DNA from: Paraspadella gotoi
Lineage: Eukaryota > Animalia > Chaetognatha
Direction of reading: 5' to 3'
Assembly (NCBI GenBank): GCA_051294375.1
Contig: CM119264.1
Span: 17,919,157 to 17,983,156, forward strand
DNA: 64,000 nt
Position numbers and translations under genes: made by a program. Shown piece after piece: positions 26,659 through 40,017 of this stretch. Numbering within the stretch: position 1 is the first letter of the stretch; every line of letters begins with the position of its first letter. The notes below the pieces were generated by a model, which worked only from the letters and a program-made list of their open reading frames with translations, was not told the DNA's origin and did no database searches.

Positions 26659-29600
26659 TAAGAAGCAAAGATTGGTAGGAAAACAATGGCCGCTGATGAA
26701 TGGTTGGTGGATTTTAGTCCACCATAATAGATACTAAGAATCAAGACCGATATAAAACGAGTCTTCTGTAGCTCCTCTGCATGTGTAAAAAATTTTTAGG
26801 AGAGAGAAAAAGATTAAAATGCCCCTAGAAAATTGTTTTTTTTTGACTCCCAACGGAGTTGTTGCGTCGTGGAAGCCAGCGGGTATAATCCACCACCACC
26901 CCGAAAAGAAACCTCCCCACACTCGGAGATGAGTTGGAGAAGCAAAAAAAAAAAAGAAAGAAAAGTTCTAGCGTTCCATCGTTTCCGTAACAAGTAATTG
27001 GTACTTTTACTTTCATCGACCGGAACCGAACCAGTCGGTTGTTTTTGTATTCGCATTTATATTTTTCAACGTTAAGGTTAAGGGTATTTCTAAATCACTT
27101 TATAACCAGATCATTTCCGGTATATTTCGCGTAAACTAAATTCAAAACGGATTACTTATCAATACTGACAATAGGAAAAATTTAACACTTTTTCCCCAAC
27201 GGCTTGAAGATGAAGGTTCAAGAATTTTTCGAGATTTAAACAATAGCTTGGAAAGTTACTAATGGATAGAAAAGCACTCTGCTCTTCATTTACTTTTGGA
27301 AATTTCCTTTGTTTACGTAAAATGACCGGAACAAAAGTTCTTTCAGTGTCCGAAAGGAGCCACTAAATTCTAATGACATTGGATCAACAAGGGGGGGGGA
27401 AATAAAGTGGTTTTTTGAAACCCTTCATCATTAAGTTCATGGCTCATCTGAGTTAAGCTTCTATTTTCAAAACTGCGATCGGCGAAAGTAAAATTTAGCC
27501 TCTAATTTTATATAATCTATTTGTTTATTGTAAAATCTAATGTTGATTTTGATTTCTGTTGCATTGCGCGTTATGAAATGATTATTACCTAAAAAAAAAC
27601 CAAAAAAACTTAATTCTTCCACAGTCAATATTCCCCATTTTCAATGAGGAATACAGGGTAGTGGTTACACTTAACCGAAAAGCTGGGCTATTTCATCTCT
27701 CTTACATGGACGACTGAGTTGGCTTCTAGTCGTCCCACCGGTGCACCCGATCGTCGTCCCACCGCGACGACGTCAACGACACATGGACGAGAGATCGCGA
27801 TGGTAAGTTCGTGTCGCGGCTGCGAATCAAAGGAGAGGTCAAAATCAGGGGTCAGCGATGAGGAGGGTGGGCGCCGGGCGGATTCCAAAGAGGGGTGTGG
27901 GGAGATCGACTGAGTGGTAATGAAGGAATTCGCTGAAAATGTTCGTGCGCCTGACTTTGAAGGAAGGGACGAGCATAGCAGGGATTCGGGAGGCTTCGTC
28001 TTTATCGTTGGATCGGTGGGTAGAGAGTAACTTTCGCTTGACATTTTACTGCTTTCAGTTCACTCTGTATTTGTGAAATGGCCGAAGACGGGGCTCGCCC
28101 ACGAAATTATAAGGTCAAATTCAAAAGGGTCGTAAGAGTCTGTACAACTCTCTGGAAGCAAACCAAATATCCAAAATACCAAATCAGAGACTGCAAAAAT
28201 GTATCGCCCACTGATCGGCGACGCAGTAACGGTCTTTCTATTTCATCTTCTTCAGCGCACGAAGCAGGAGGACGCACCGAAATCCCGACAGATTATACAC
28301 GGGATTAAGTGACCCACATCTGACTCTGAAATCGAAATCAAAGGCGAGAGAAAGGACGAAAGAAAGATAATAAAAGGAAGATGGTGATAAATTATTGAAA
28401 AAATGAAATACTTTTTTAAAATGATTGCGAGGAAAAAAAAACTTTAATCGGGTTTAAAAAAAAAAAGGATGTGCCATTGACTCCAAAATATTAAGAAAAT
28501 CTCTGATTAACCGCCTCTCTCGCTAAAACTCGCACCCTCGACTCCAACACGCCCTCGCGACTCCGGATTGACATCCCATCGGTGCGTTCTCGTCGTGACA
28601 TTCGTCTCCGTCGCCGGTGGTCAATTTTATCGGAGTCACGTGACTAAGAGTGACTGACATTGACTGAGGTCTTTCGATGAGACGTCGTCGTCTTTTTGGT
28701 CCGAGTCAGGTCGAAACCATAAACGACCTCGGAATTTAAACAACGCCACGCGCCTCGACCACCGTCTTTATCTTTCATTGTTCCCTTTGACGACGTCGTG
28801 TTTCATCTCAACACAAAAATATAACACATGGCAGCCTAGAATGAAATTATTTTGCGGTTGAATTACGATCAATGCTCACAAAATTGAATTGAGTGAAGAT
28901 CAATGAATGTAACTTACTTAAAAAGCCTGTACTTGTAAAAGTTTTTTAGTTTCTCTTTCGCGGAGTAGAAATATCCTAACTCATGAGAGGACTAAACTCT
29001 GTTTCTTCGTAATGTAAAAGCATCAGTGGGGAGTGATTTTTTTAAAAGTTAGTTTTGTTGGATATCTCGTTGAAAATGATCTTCTCAGGATAGCTTAATT
29101 ATCTCTTATCATCCACTCCACAGACTTACAAAAGAGATCCATACAAACACCTAGTAGCTAGTACTAATAACCACTATTAGCCAGCCAAAATTTATCTAAC
29201 TGCTTTATTAAAATAGGATTTAGAGCTTAATCTGCTCGCTTGTTTCTCAAATCCTCGACGACTGTTTGGTCCCTGGATTTAGCTTTTTTCTTCTACTCTT
29301 CTCCCCTTCCTTCCCCCCCATTTCCCTATCTCGCCGCCCTTTTCTACCGAAAGACCATTAAACATAATCCCACGCTCTATCTCTTTCTCCTCACGCCCGC
29401 TGTGCTGCCACTAGCCTCCATTCCTCTCTCCTTATATCTCCGTTTTATGATACACTTTTTAAATTTAACATATAACCAAGAAAAGCGAAATCATAGCCTT
29501 ATCCCTCATGCTCTCGGTCCCTTTTCGTCTGGTGTCTCAATCGGTAGCTATCTCTCTTGACCTATCTATCGCTTTCTTCGCAGTCCTTTCGAGGGTCACT

Positions 29601-29685
29601 CCCTCTCCCTCGCTTTCCTTCCCGCTCTCACTTCTTTCCCTTGGGGCCGTTTGCGTAGGAGTTTCTCCGTTTCATCTGTCTTTCT

Positions 29686-29756
<71 letters not shown>

Positions 29757-30102
29757 TTCGTTATTCTTCCTTCCAGCTTTCGGTTACACTCTCTTATCTC
29801 CGGTCGATTTTCAACCATATCTTCTTATCTCCTAACTCAGTTCTCCGCCGTCCAACTTAATTGCCGCGGAGAGATTTGCCTTAATCTTTTGTCGACTCTC
29901 CTTTTCCTTTCCTCCCCCGTTGACCATACTATCTCTCCGATACCTTCTCTTCGATGTATATAAACTATATAACTATATATATAACTATATAAACAAATTT
30001 TACGGATAAGTTTTATTTCGAATGCAATTTTAAAATTTTGGCTAAAATATTTTACTAAAGCTAATTATTTTTTTTATTTGGGCAAAAGTGAACTAAAACT
30101 AT

Positions 30103-30500
30103 AACAAGTTTGAACAAACAATGTCGGATCTGCCCTCGATCATTAGCGGTAATTAATTAATTAATTAATTAATTAATACAAAATATATAAACTAAAATAA
30201 TAATTTAATTAATAAATTAATTACTTTGATCCGAAATGTTTGTTTTTAGGTCTTTTCGTCACTGATCTCGACAAAAGCAACGACGACGATGATGGCGATG
30301 ATGACAATAATACCAATAACGATTGACTTGATTTATTGATTAGATAATTAATTAATTTATAAATAAATTGATTGATTTAATAATTAATTATTAGAAAACT
30401 AAACAAATTGGTTGATTAAATAATTAATTGATTGGTTAATTGACTAATTAATTATTTATTAATTAATTGACTAATTGATTAATTAATGGATTAATTATTT
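30103..30500 (-). mobile_element. DINE/HINE-like repeat fragment
   Basis: AACAAGTTTGAACAAACAATGTCGGATCTG terminus, reverse-complementary to the ends at 17400 and 33533. Confidence 0.6.
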
Positions 30501-30507
30501 GAATCTA

Positions 30508-31428
30508 CCATGATGGAAAAAAAAGTGTCGCGGTTACTTTCCAGTTATTTTTCGAATCGAAAAATAAAATTTAAATGTAAAAAAACTTTGGTCTTTTGTG
30601 ATTCATATAAGCTGCGTTTTATTTATGTATGACAAAAAATACAGGAGTTCCATGTAAAAGAAAATGCGTTGTCCAAAAAAATATTTCCTTCATTTTTATC
30701 TTTTTTATATCTATACTTTTTAATTTTTTATTTATATTCATTTCCGATTTTTTTTATTACTTCTTGAGTTTAACCAATACTATTAAAAATCCCTGCCTTT
30801 TTTCAGTCTCATGTCAAATGGCTATTGCATTATCTCCATTAGGATAGATTCAGGAATGAATCTTAATTCATATGTCAAAAAAAGAACAATATTAAAAATA
30901 TATTGATTCTGTAGATATTACAAAATATTATTTTTAAATTATAAAGTATCAATAAAAGTTATAAGGTTCCGGGTAACCTTTCTGTAAACAAAGTTATTAT
31001 TTTTATTTACTTTTGCATGTATTATCAGAATCAAGTATCAAACAAGTCCAAAAATAAAAAAATAAAAATTTTGTTGAAGTGAAAGATAATGAATTATCAT
31101 ATTATGCAGCAACAACTCAAGCTTGGTTTATTTTATAGAGAATAAATCTTTTTTACTGCTTGCTAAAGACCATTTTTTGCCCTAAATCTGATAAAAAATA
31201 TAATGTCAGAGATATAATTTTAATAATAATATGAGTAGTTCTCTTAATCAAAAAGAAGTGAAAACAGGTAGAGACAACCTCTTTTGGAAGTATTTGAATG
31301 AATTGAATAATTTAAAGCTGTTGAGAAATAATCATTTTATTCTGTCTTAGGGAGGTCATATTACTTATTAAAACTTATCTATTAGCCAAAAAATATATTT
31401 AACCGCGACACTTTTTTTTCCATCATGG
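30508..31428. mobile_element. MITE with ~29-bp TIR and TA TSD
   Basis: TA|CCATGATGGAAAAAAAAGTGTCGCGGTTA...TAACCGCGACACTTTTTTTTCCATCATGG|TA. Confidence 0.85.
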
Positions 31429-31759
31429 TACATGATACAACTTTTTACATTTTGTTGTTTTATTAATGACAATTTTAAAAAACTATAAAATTCAGCCAAT
31501 GATGATGATGATTTTTTAAGGTTTTTTCTATTTTTAACCAATTTATTGTCAAAATTTAAAAAAAAATTGTAGTATTAACTTTTATTTAACTTTTCAGGTC
31601 TATAAGAATCCGTTCTTGAAAAAAAAAAATTTTTTAAAAATTTTGTCATTTGTTATATATTAATAAATATTTAAAAGCTTCAGAGCAACAATCCAATGAA
31701 CTAATTCAAAAAGTTGCATTGAAAATCCATTTAATAATAGAAAGAAAAAAAAAATTTTT

Positions 31760-32227
31760 TTTGAGAGAACTAGAAGTTATAAAAAGTGTTTGGCCTTTGC
31801 TCGCGAATCAGAACGCGTGTCTTCTCAAGAATCCATTTCAGAGATTCATACAAAACTGAGAGCGACACCCGAACCTCAAAAGAAGAGGCCCATCGCCAGA
31901 AGGATCTCCTCAACGGAGCGGGCTCAGAGCCAAATCAATGCGGTACAGGGAAACATGGAGTTGGAGAACGAGAGTTTGGTCAAGCAGGTCAAAGCCAGCA
32001 TCAATTCCTCTTTTTCCTCGTTAAAGAGTCAGGCTTCAGATGATGTGTTCTTTTCTCGGGATGCAGAAAGGGGGAGGGAGCGGGACATCCCACGGGTGAG
32101 CAAAATTATCAATCAGTTAGGTTGTAAAATAGATAGCCCAAGGGATAATCATGGTGATAGGGATAGTTTACAAAACGAGCTAACTCCAGTGATGTCGTCC
32201 AACACTCAAAAATTAAATTTGGATTAA
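31760..32227 (+). CDS. Possible orphan terminal coding exon, Ser/charge-rich, unknown function
   Basis: About 150 open codons, higher in GC than the flanks, with protein-like composition. No recognisable domain and no clear start. Confidence 0.3.
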   Translation, partial: FERTRSYKKCLAFARESERVSSQESISEIHTKLRATPEPQKKRPIARRISSTERAQSQINAVQGNMELENESLVKQVKASINSSFSSLKSQASDDVFFSRDAERGRERDIPRVSKIINQLGCKIDSPRDNHGDRDSLQNELTPVMSSNTQKLNLD

Positions 32228-32413
32228 ATCATCTTTTTTTCTTAAAACGCGGTCATTCTTCTTAATTCGCGGGGAGCAGACTAGTTTTAAACGTTTCTTA
32301 AAAATGATTTATTGATTTATATCAGCACATATTAGATTTTTATATTCGCCAAGCCTTAACTTTGTCCCAATGTTGCTTCATAGTTTCGGTTGTAAGATAT
32401 GAAAAACTTTTTC

Positions 32414-32665
32414 CTGTGTGGTGTAGTGGTAGTATTTCATACCCCACTACTCGTCCGAGAAGCAGCAGCACCTATGGCGCCGGAGGTAGCACGAGCTCCT
32501 CCCAACCCAAAGGACTCGGGTTCGCGCCCTGCTGATTCACACAAGTAAAAGCGGGACGGGGCGTCTAACCCACCTGTAGTGTCGGACTACAGCCCGATCC
32601 GAAGTTCGGGACCTTGTGTGCAACGGACGGTAAACTGCTCGCGGCATCGTCTTCCGAAGTGGTTG
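32414..32665 (+). mobile_element. tRNA-like Pol III element (SINE or tRNA pseudogene)
   Basis: A-box TGGTGTAGTGG (~32418), B-box GGTTCGCGCCC (~32519), a TGTGTG/CACACA closing stem, and downstream hairpins. Confidence 0.4.
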
Positions 32666-32699
32666 AATTGTTTAATTTATTTTTTTTCCATGTACTAAT

Positions 32700-33533
32700 A
32701 AAAATTGTTAAATGCAGTATGTCTATCTTTAAACTGTTTGTCTGTCTGTCCGTCCGTCCCACCTTAGCAAAAAACTCCATTTACTCGTGATTGGATGGAT
32801 GGATTGGAATGAAATTTTGTGTGTGGGTAGGGAAGTTTGTGATTGAGTTGGCAATCAAGTTTCGATGGAATCGTGTGAGTGGAAATGAGTTTAAATGGAA
32901 AAAAACAAAAAAATAGATTTCACTATTTGAACACCATTTGCTCATGAGTGGATGGGGCGATTGACTTGAAATTTTGTATGTGGATAGGAAAGTGTGTGCT
33001 TAAGCTGGAAATCAAGTTTCGATGGAATCGTCTGAGTGGAAATGAGTTTAAATGGAAAAAAACTAAAAACCTGTTTCACTGATTCATTTTCTTTTTATAT
33101 TAAATGTAAATGTAAGATGTATTAATTAATAAAAAAAATAATCAGTTAATTAATCAATTAATTAATAAATAATTAATCGGTCAATCAATCGATCAATTTA
33201 TAATTCAATCAAACAATTTATTTAGTTATCTATCAATAATTGTTCAATCAATCAATTTATTTATAAATTAATTAATTATTTAATCAATTAATCAATCAAT
33301 CAAGTCAATCTTTATCGGCATTATTGTCGCCATCGCCATCATCGTCGTTGTTGCCGTTATCGTGGTCAGTGACGAAAAGATATAAAAACAAACATTTTGA
33401 ATCAAAATAATTAATTTATTAATTAAAATATTATTTTAGTTTATATAGTTTGTCCTAATTAATTAATTAATTAATTAATTAATTACCGCTAATGATCGTG
33501 GTCAGATCCGACATTGTTTGCTCAAACTTGTTT
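32700..33533 (+). mobile_element. DINE/HINE-like repeat
   Basis: (GTCT/GTCC)n microsatellite near the 5' end, a duplicated core, and the terminus CAGATCCGACATTGTTTGCTCAAACTTGTT. Confidence 0.62.
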
Positions 33534-33550
33534 ACATGCTTTTTCCCTTT

Positions 33551-33611
<61 letters not shown>

Positions 33612-33649
33612 ATCAACTTTAAACTACTAAATTTATGTAATTCATACAA

Positions 33650-33692
33650 AGCACTGATGAAGAACGAAATGCACGTTCGAAACATGTCTGCT
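33650..33692 (+). ncRNA. Minimal type I hammerhead ribozyme in a pLTR-like remnant (second copy at ~40055-40097)
   Basis: agca-CTGATGA-a-gaacg(aaatgca)cgttc-GAAA-catg-TC-tgct, preceded by (CT)n. Confidence 0.82.
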
Positions 33693-34279
33693 CTTACAAA
33701 AATAAAATTCGTTGGGAAAAACTAAAAAAAAATGTTATTTCGTCTAAGCATATAGAGTCGTACTGTGATTTATCTTGAAAGAAAACAGTATGAGTAAAGT
33801 ATGAGTTAAAAATACTAATTGGAAAAAGAGATCACGAAAAAATAGAAATAGAGTGAGAGGCACAGCAAAATTTTTATAAAAGTCTGAATACCAAGTGGTA
33901 AAATAATTATTATAAGAAGTATTCTGCATGAAGACAGAATAAAGCTTTAAATCAGAATTATGCTGAAATTTACAAATGCGCCAAAGTTGGAATCTTACAT
34001 CAAGGCTTCCGTTGTTTGCTCAATATTCATAAAAAAAAAGTATACTAGCAATTGGAAAAATTAATAAAATGTTAATTAAGTTATAACTTTTATACGGGTT
34101 CTTATATGAATAATGCTACATATCATTTAATATTTTCACCAATTTTTGCGAGAATTTTTGTCACTCGATTGCTTTTTTAATATTTTTGACCAACTGTCTG
34201 AAAATGAAAAGGTTGGTGACTGCGATGGGGCAGAAATCAATAGAAAGTGAAATAAAAGTAAAATAACTCAATATATTAT

Positions 34280-35474
34280 CATAAACTGGTTGTAAAAAGT
34301 TTTATTTGTTTGGTCAGTCGAAAATAGAATTTTATGAGAAAAAATATTAAAAAATAAGATCATTACGATTCCTAACTTGAACAAAAGGTGAATCTGAATT
34401 TTTGTTATGACTTTGGTTAGCATGAAACCTATCATACAAAAGTCGAAAAAAGTGAAATCCCTAAAAAGAACAAATATGATTCATACATTATGAATAAAAC
34501 GACAATTTGATTCTTGTAAAAGGTCAATGGTTCCAAACCGTAAGATCTTAAAAATATATTTTCCACGTCTTTCCTGAACTCAGATTTATTTTTTGTCAGA
34601 AAGGATACAAACGGTAGGCCACTAAAAGTCAATCCAATTGGGCCAATCATGCCAATGAGCACAATAAGTCCGATCAATTTGAAAGACCATTTTTCGCCCA
34701 GTGATAAATACGTCCAGTGTGGTCCACACCAGCGTTTTTCTACAAATGCCTCCAGAAATGAGATCACAAAGTTCATAGCAAGAAAAGCGCAAGGAAAATT
34801 GGTCATTGTTGTAAAGCTTCTGTAGAGTTGTTCTTTAGATGAGAATAAAAAGGTTTTGTCTATTTTTCGGTAGCACACATTTTTTTTGCAGTGACTCAAC
34901 CTCAAGGTCTGAATTATGAGCTTATAATTTAGAGTCGCGGTGTAAATTGAGGCTTATGATAGTTAGGGGCATCAAAAAAGCTGTCAGAAACACCATTTTA
35001 TCCCGTTTGTTTCTTGTCGACAATAAAGAAAATGCATACAACCCAGCAAGACTGGAATCCAAAAGCAAAAAGCCACAGAATCGTTGAATGCTGTGGTCTC
35101 AGAAACTGATAATTTCCCGCGCTGTGTGACAAACTCCACAAGCCCCAGAGGCTTATGCTTAGCTATGTAAGCATCGCATGACATCATTTCATCTTTAAAA
35201 TGTACTTTGCCCATCGGGTGTTGTCAATCAATCCTCTGGTTGTAAAACAACATATTTGTTAATGCCGAAGTAGAAATCAAAGGTGGTGGATATCTTCTCA
35301 TGTGATAAGCTAATATAGGACTTTGGAACGGCGACTTATTTCTTCTTATGTCTTTTGAGTAACCAAAGTTGGTTCCATGATTTCTTCTTGTTCACTTTGA
35401 AAAAAGAAAGAGACTATAAAAAACGTCCACGAAGTCATAAGGAGAAGTTGAGCAAGAGAAGTTGATCGCTTTGC
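34280..35474 (-). CDS. Multi-pass membrane protein exon, frameshifted; duplicated at ~40661-41823; possibly the 3' exon of the XK gene
   Basis: Acceptor aaaacattcag followed by hydrophobic segments (LAQLLLMTSWTFFIVSFFF; VAFCFWIPVLLG; LIGLIVLIGMIGPIG; YLFFLGISLFSTFVWIGFML). The two copies have different indels. Confidence 0.5.
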
Positions 35475-35756
35475 TGAATGTTTTAAAAAAACATTTTTTT
35501 CATTGTACTGATATGATGGTAAATCATATTTATTGGGTATTGCTCGGGTTCACCCAGCTAACTAACTTTTTTTCCTCAGCCATTATCAAATAGAAAAAAA
35601 TTTAATAAGTTTAAAACTTTCAGCAGATCTCGACTCTATAAGCCACTTTGTGGGTCTGTCGGTCATTATCTTAGAATTATGATAAATTATGCATTGTGTT
35701 TTTTTCCTTTCTGTTTCGTTGTGATTTGATTNNNNNNNNNNNNNNNNNNNNNNNNN

Positions 35757-38700
35757 TCAACAACCAAATCCACCGAAAAATGAGCCACGGGAAAAACAAA
35801 AGAGTGTCCTTGCTAGACGATGGCTTTTTAATGAGTAAGTATTGTTTTTTATTTCAAAATATATGAATCTTGCCATATTTGCGACGTTGCATCATAAATA
35901 TGGTAAATAATGTGTAAGGTTTAAGCTTAATTTTTTGCCATAAATTGCTGCAGAGAGGATTGCTCCTGAGTCGAGAAGCGTCGTACGTTCCGTCACCGTT
36001 TTAATTTTAATTTGCGAATAAAAACGGGAATGATGGGACTGAATGTCCCCGGTGACGGCGTACGCGAACTGCAAGTTAATGAAGAGTTTGTGGCCGGCGT
36101 CTCTGTGTGAAAAGAGACATGATACCGAACCGCGCACTTTCGGCAGCCCAGGTGACTTTTTGGCAGTCCTTGTATGTGGCCACCCACTTTAGACACACAT
36201 AGCATAAATTATTTATTCTTAATAAATTCCCACTTTTTTTTGGTTCAGGAGGTGAGATATTTTTTAACATGTCTCCAGAAAGTGATTTTTGCCACACATG
36301 TAAGCATGCGGTGGTTGACGAATCTTTTGGGTAATCGTCATCTGGATATCTGGTGCAAAAATCTCGGTGCATAGGTTTGTATTGTCAGAGTCGTTTGGAA
36401 GTCTCTAAGACCGACAAATTTTTCTGCTGGTTTTGATGCGACGGCCGCGAACCGAACGGGAAAAGATTTTTGATGGGCTTTGGTGTTGACCGTGTCTACG
36501 GACCCATGTTGAAGGTTTGTCGTTTGAGGAGCTGATTCCCGCGTGAATGCTGCCCATTTCGGCGATTTCTGCAGTAAAATAATTTAAAAATTTAAATAAA
36601 GGATTCAAAGGGTCGGATCTAAACCAGTTTCTCATCCTCGCATCATCTCCTTGTTCTAACCATTCCATTTTTTTCTTTAAACTGCACGTTTCGCCAGCAT
36701 TTCCCAAAATGTGGGGCTTTTTTTCGATAAGATTCAGTATAAATTTCTTGCGTCGCAAATGGTGTTTTCCTCGATTCGTTTTCTTTCGCGCGCAAGTAAA
36801 TTTTTTTCTATTCTAAGTATAAACGTTTTTAGCCCTGCTGCAATCTGGCCTATTAATCTTTGCACCTTTTCAATATTATCAAGTAAATGTCTTGCTGTAT
36901 AAAGCTTTTCCTCCCGAATTGTACTTTTTAATGCTTTTTTAACTCTTTTTAAAGATTGCAATATCACTTCCTAATTCATATTGTTGAATGAATTATGAAA
37001 GCATCCACCTGCAAAATACTTTTTAAAATTCTCCTACTAGCAATTTCATTGTGATTCCCGGGATGCTTGTAGAGGGTGTTAAAGAGAGCAAGCTGATTAT
37101 CAAAGTCAACGCGGCGATCTCGTCCAGAGAATTTGAGTTTTGGTCTTTTTGAGCCGCATCACACGAGACGCTTGTTGTTGAAGCTGAAATAGCACAAGTT
37201 GCGCTAGTGGACCGTCTTCTGATTGGGAAGCTGCAATTGGATTCGACACGGTGGGTGTTTAAGAACAGATAGATCCCTCGTCGTCACTGAGTTGAGGGCA
37301 TATCATTATTAAATAACATTTGAAAAGGTTCCATTTTGATCTAATCTATTTAACCTGATCAACAACACCTGCTTTTCGGGTCGCGATTGTTGCCAGGGGT
37401 GGTGTACAGGGGGTGTGGGTGGTTTTGAGGGTTTACCACGGTTTTTGGAAGTGGTTGGAATCCACCGCGGGTTTCGGGAACCTTGATGAACGGAAATACG
37501 GACTTGGCGTCGCGAATCACAGCAGACATCGTGAAGGCGGAACGATCGGATCTTCAGGGATTTCCGGTGGACCCGGCGGCGGCGGCGGTGACACGTTCGG
37601 CGGCGGTGACACGGTGGCGGCGGTGACTACGGGTCCCCGGCGCGGTGACACGGTCCGGCGGCGTTACAAATGGTACTAACGAAACTTTGAGACATTAAGT
37701 AACGGCGTATAGCCCTGCATTACCGCTGCTTGAATAACTGAACAATAAATTCTCTGTTTGATTTGAACAAGGTTAAATATCGAAGGAAAACAATTTTGGA
37801 ATAATCGGCGTATTTGGAGAACAGAAACTGGCGGTAAAACGGTAGCAGAACTTTGGACAAATTCTATTTTTCTATAAGCCTTTTTCGTTAGATGATTCTT
37901 TGACACAACAATTTCCACTTTGTAATTCTGTTGAACAAATGGGCATGATCAGACGAGTATCCAACACGAGGAGCAGTAGGACAATAAACCGAATTTTTGC
38001 ATGAATGGCTCTTGCTGCGTCGGGCGCTCACTTGAAGAGCTGTTGGAGCCGGCACGCTCGACGCCGGCGCCTCCGACGCGACCGACCATTCACTGGCTCC
38101 GAAATCCTAATCTTTGCGGGTCGCGTGGCGTTTTCGATGACACCGTAACCATGGGAACAGCTCCACGTTGTATTTTCTGAAACATGATTTCCCGCCATCT
38201 CGAAACGAGGCCAGGTCGTCCGTGGCCATGACACGGGCCGCGACGCGGTTTTCGGCACGTTGATTTCTTGTTCGAAAACAAGAGCTTGGCCTGAGCAAGA
38301 AGAACGAAAGGCGTCCGCCAATGGAAACGGGTCCCTCCGTGTTAAGTCCGTTTGTTTGAAACGGCTCTCTCCCGCTTTCTTTGGCTCCGCGTCGTTCCTG
38401 ATTAGAGAAACACAATTAAGTTCGAGAATCTCGACCATTTTCCTCATACTGGTTTTCAATATCAATATTTCAATTTCTGCTTCCCTTTCCAATCTTCTCC
38501 AACATCATCTGAGCTTCTTTTAATTCCAATAACTTTCTCTGAACTTTCGGCGAAAAACCGCGTAGACGATCCTCGACCTTATACCTTTTTTTGATACAAT
38601 CTCTTCCCGTTGTGCCTCTCGCGACGGTCTCGACACAGCCGACTCGGATGACGTCGTCCTGATTTACGGTCCGTCTCGGCCCTTGGTATTTCTGGAGGAT

Positions 38701-40017
38701 CGCGGACGGCGCTCTCTCCCGGGATTTTGGACGTTTGGTTCGACCATCATGGATACTGTGCGGACGGGGGTAGATTGGGTTCGGGACAGACAGAGGGAGT
38801 GACAGAAAATTATTTACATCACGGACGCGACGACAGGGTAATTACGGGTTCATTAGTAACATCTACATGCGCGGAAATAGGAACAATATTGGGACGGTCA
38901 ACCGGCCATTCGCGGACACGTTCGTTTCAAATAGGTTCAGGGTCATGTATTTTAGAAAATAGTAAATTGGACAACGTAATAAAACCTCCTCAGCCTCACG
39001 CAAAAAGACTTCCGCGCGTCCCGTTTTTAGGTCTGGACGGTTTAAGGAGCCCGCCCGACAGATCCTTAAAAGATCAATCGAGATTTTCGCGCGTTTTTGA
39101 GTTTCACAGCAAGTTTGACCGAGGTTTGGATTAGTTAAATACAACTGATATTCGACTAAATTGTCTAAAAATCTGTCTAAATTCAGTTAACATATGCCTT
39201 AAAATCCTTTCCGAAATATTCTCGCTATCCTCAGTAATGCTATCCATGATTCTACTTCGAAAAAATCGTTGGAAGCGGCGGAAGCGAAGAAAAAATGGCG
39301 ACGAAAGCATTATTTTAAAATATTTGCCCTTTGTATTTTTTCATGGACGTTTCTTAATCTGAGAAAGGGGGATTCAGATTTTATTACGTAAGTTTCTCAC
39401 GCTTACATACTTCCCCCGATGGGTTAAAGTCCCCAAGAGGCCAAAGTTTGCCGCGAGAGTCATAATCCTCCCGCGCGTTCCTTTGTACTTCCTCCGATAT
39501 TTCGTGGCAGAGCCACTATCGAAGAAAGTTTACCTTTTGTTAATTTATAAATTTTAAGTTATTAATCCTAAATATAAAGCTGTAAATTAATTTTAACTAA
39601 TTAACTATATTTACTTAAAATTTTGAAATGTAAAAATGTAACAAATCTAATACTATTAATACCTTAAAATAATTCCATAAAATGTAGAACTACCAAAGGT
39701 ATATTTTTAGAAAGACGAGTACTTTTCTCGCGGAATTCCAAATGATAAGAACATGGATTTGTTCAACCTAGAATGGAAGGAAGAATTAATTTATTAATTA
39801 TTTTAGTTATATAAATAATAAATATTTAATAAATATTTACATTTTTGTGAAATAGTAGAAAATTATTATTTTCGATGTTTACGATTCGGCCTTCCATCGG
39901 AGAATGAGCTGGAACGAGAATTGGTAAAGAGCAAAAGTAAGGGATGTTTAGGAAGCAAATGATCATCGTTCAATCTGCTTCTCCGCTCGTACCACTATGT
40001 TAGCGCCTATTGTTACA
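35757..40017 (-). mobile_element. BEL/Pao LTR retrotransposon 5' part (LTR, long gag, protease start), cut by an N gap
   Basis: Frameshift-corrected triple zinc knuckle CYMCGKNHFLETC...LCYVCLKGGHI.KDC...CRKCAVRYHVSFH (~36310-36105), followed by the aspartic-protease motif TLLDSGA (~35975). The minus strand begins TGTAAC at 40017. Confidence 0.78.

Noticed and set aside
28145-28192. Possible miRNA hairpin (tctctg...cagaga)
   Set aside because: The stem is too short and it matches no conserved miRNA I can recall.
35757-39500. Possible endogenous virus or novel spliced gene
   Set aside because: The triple zinc knuckle, DSGA protease motif and TG-start terminus are better explained by a BEL/Pao retrotransposon.
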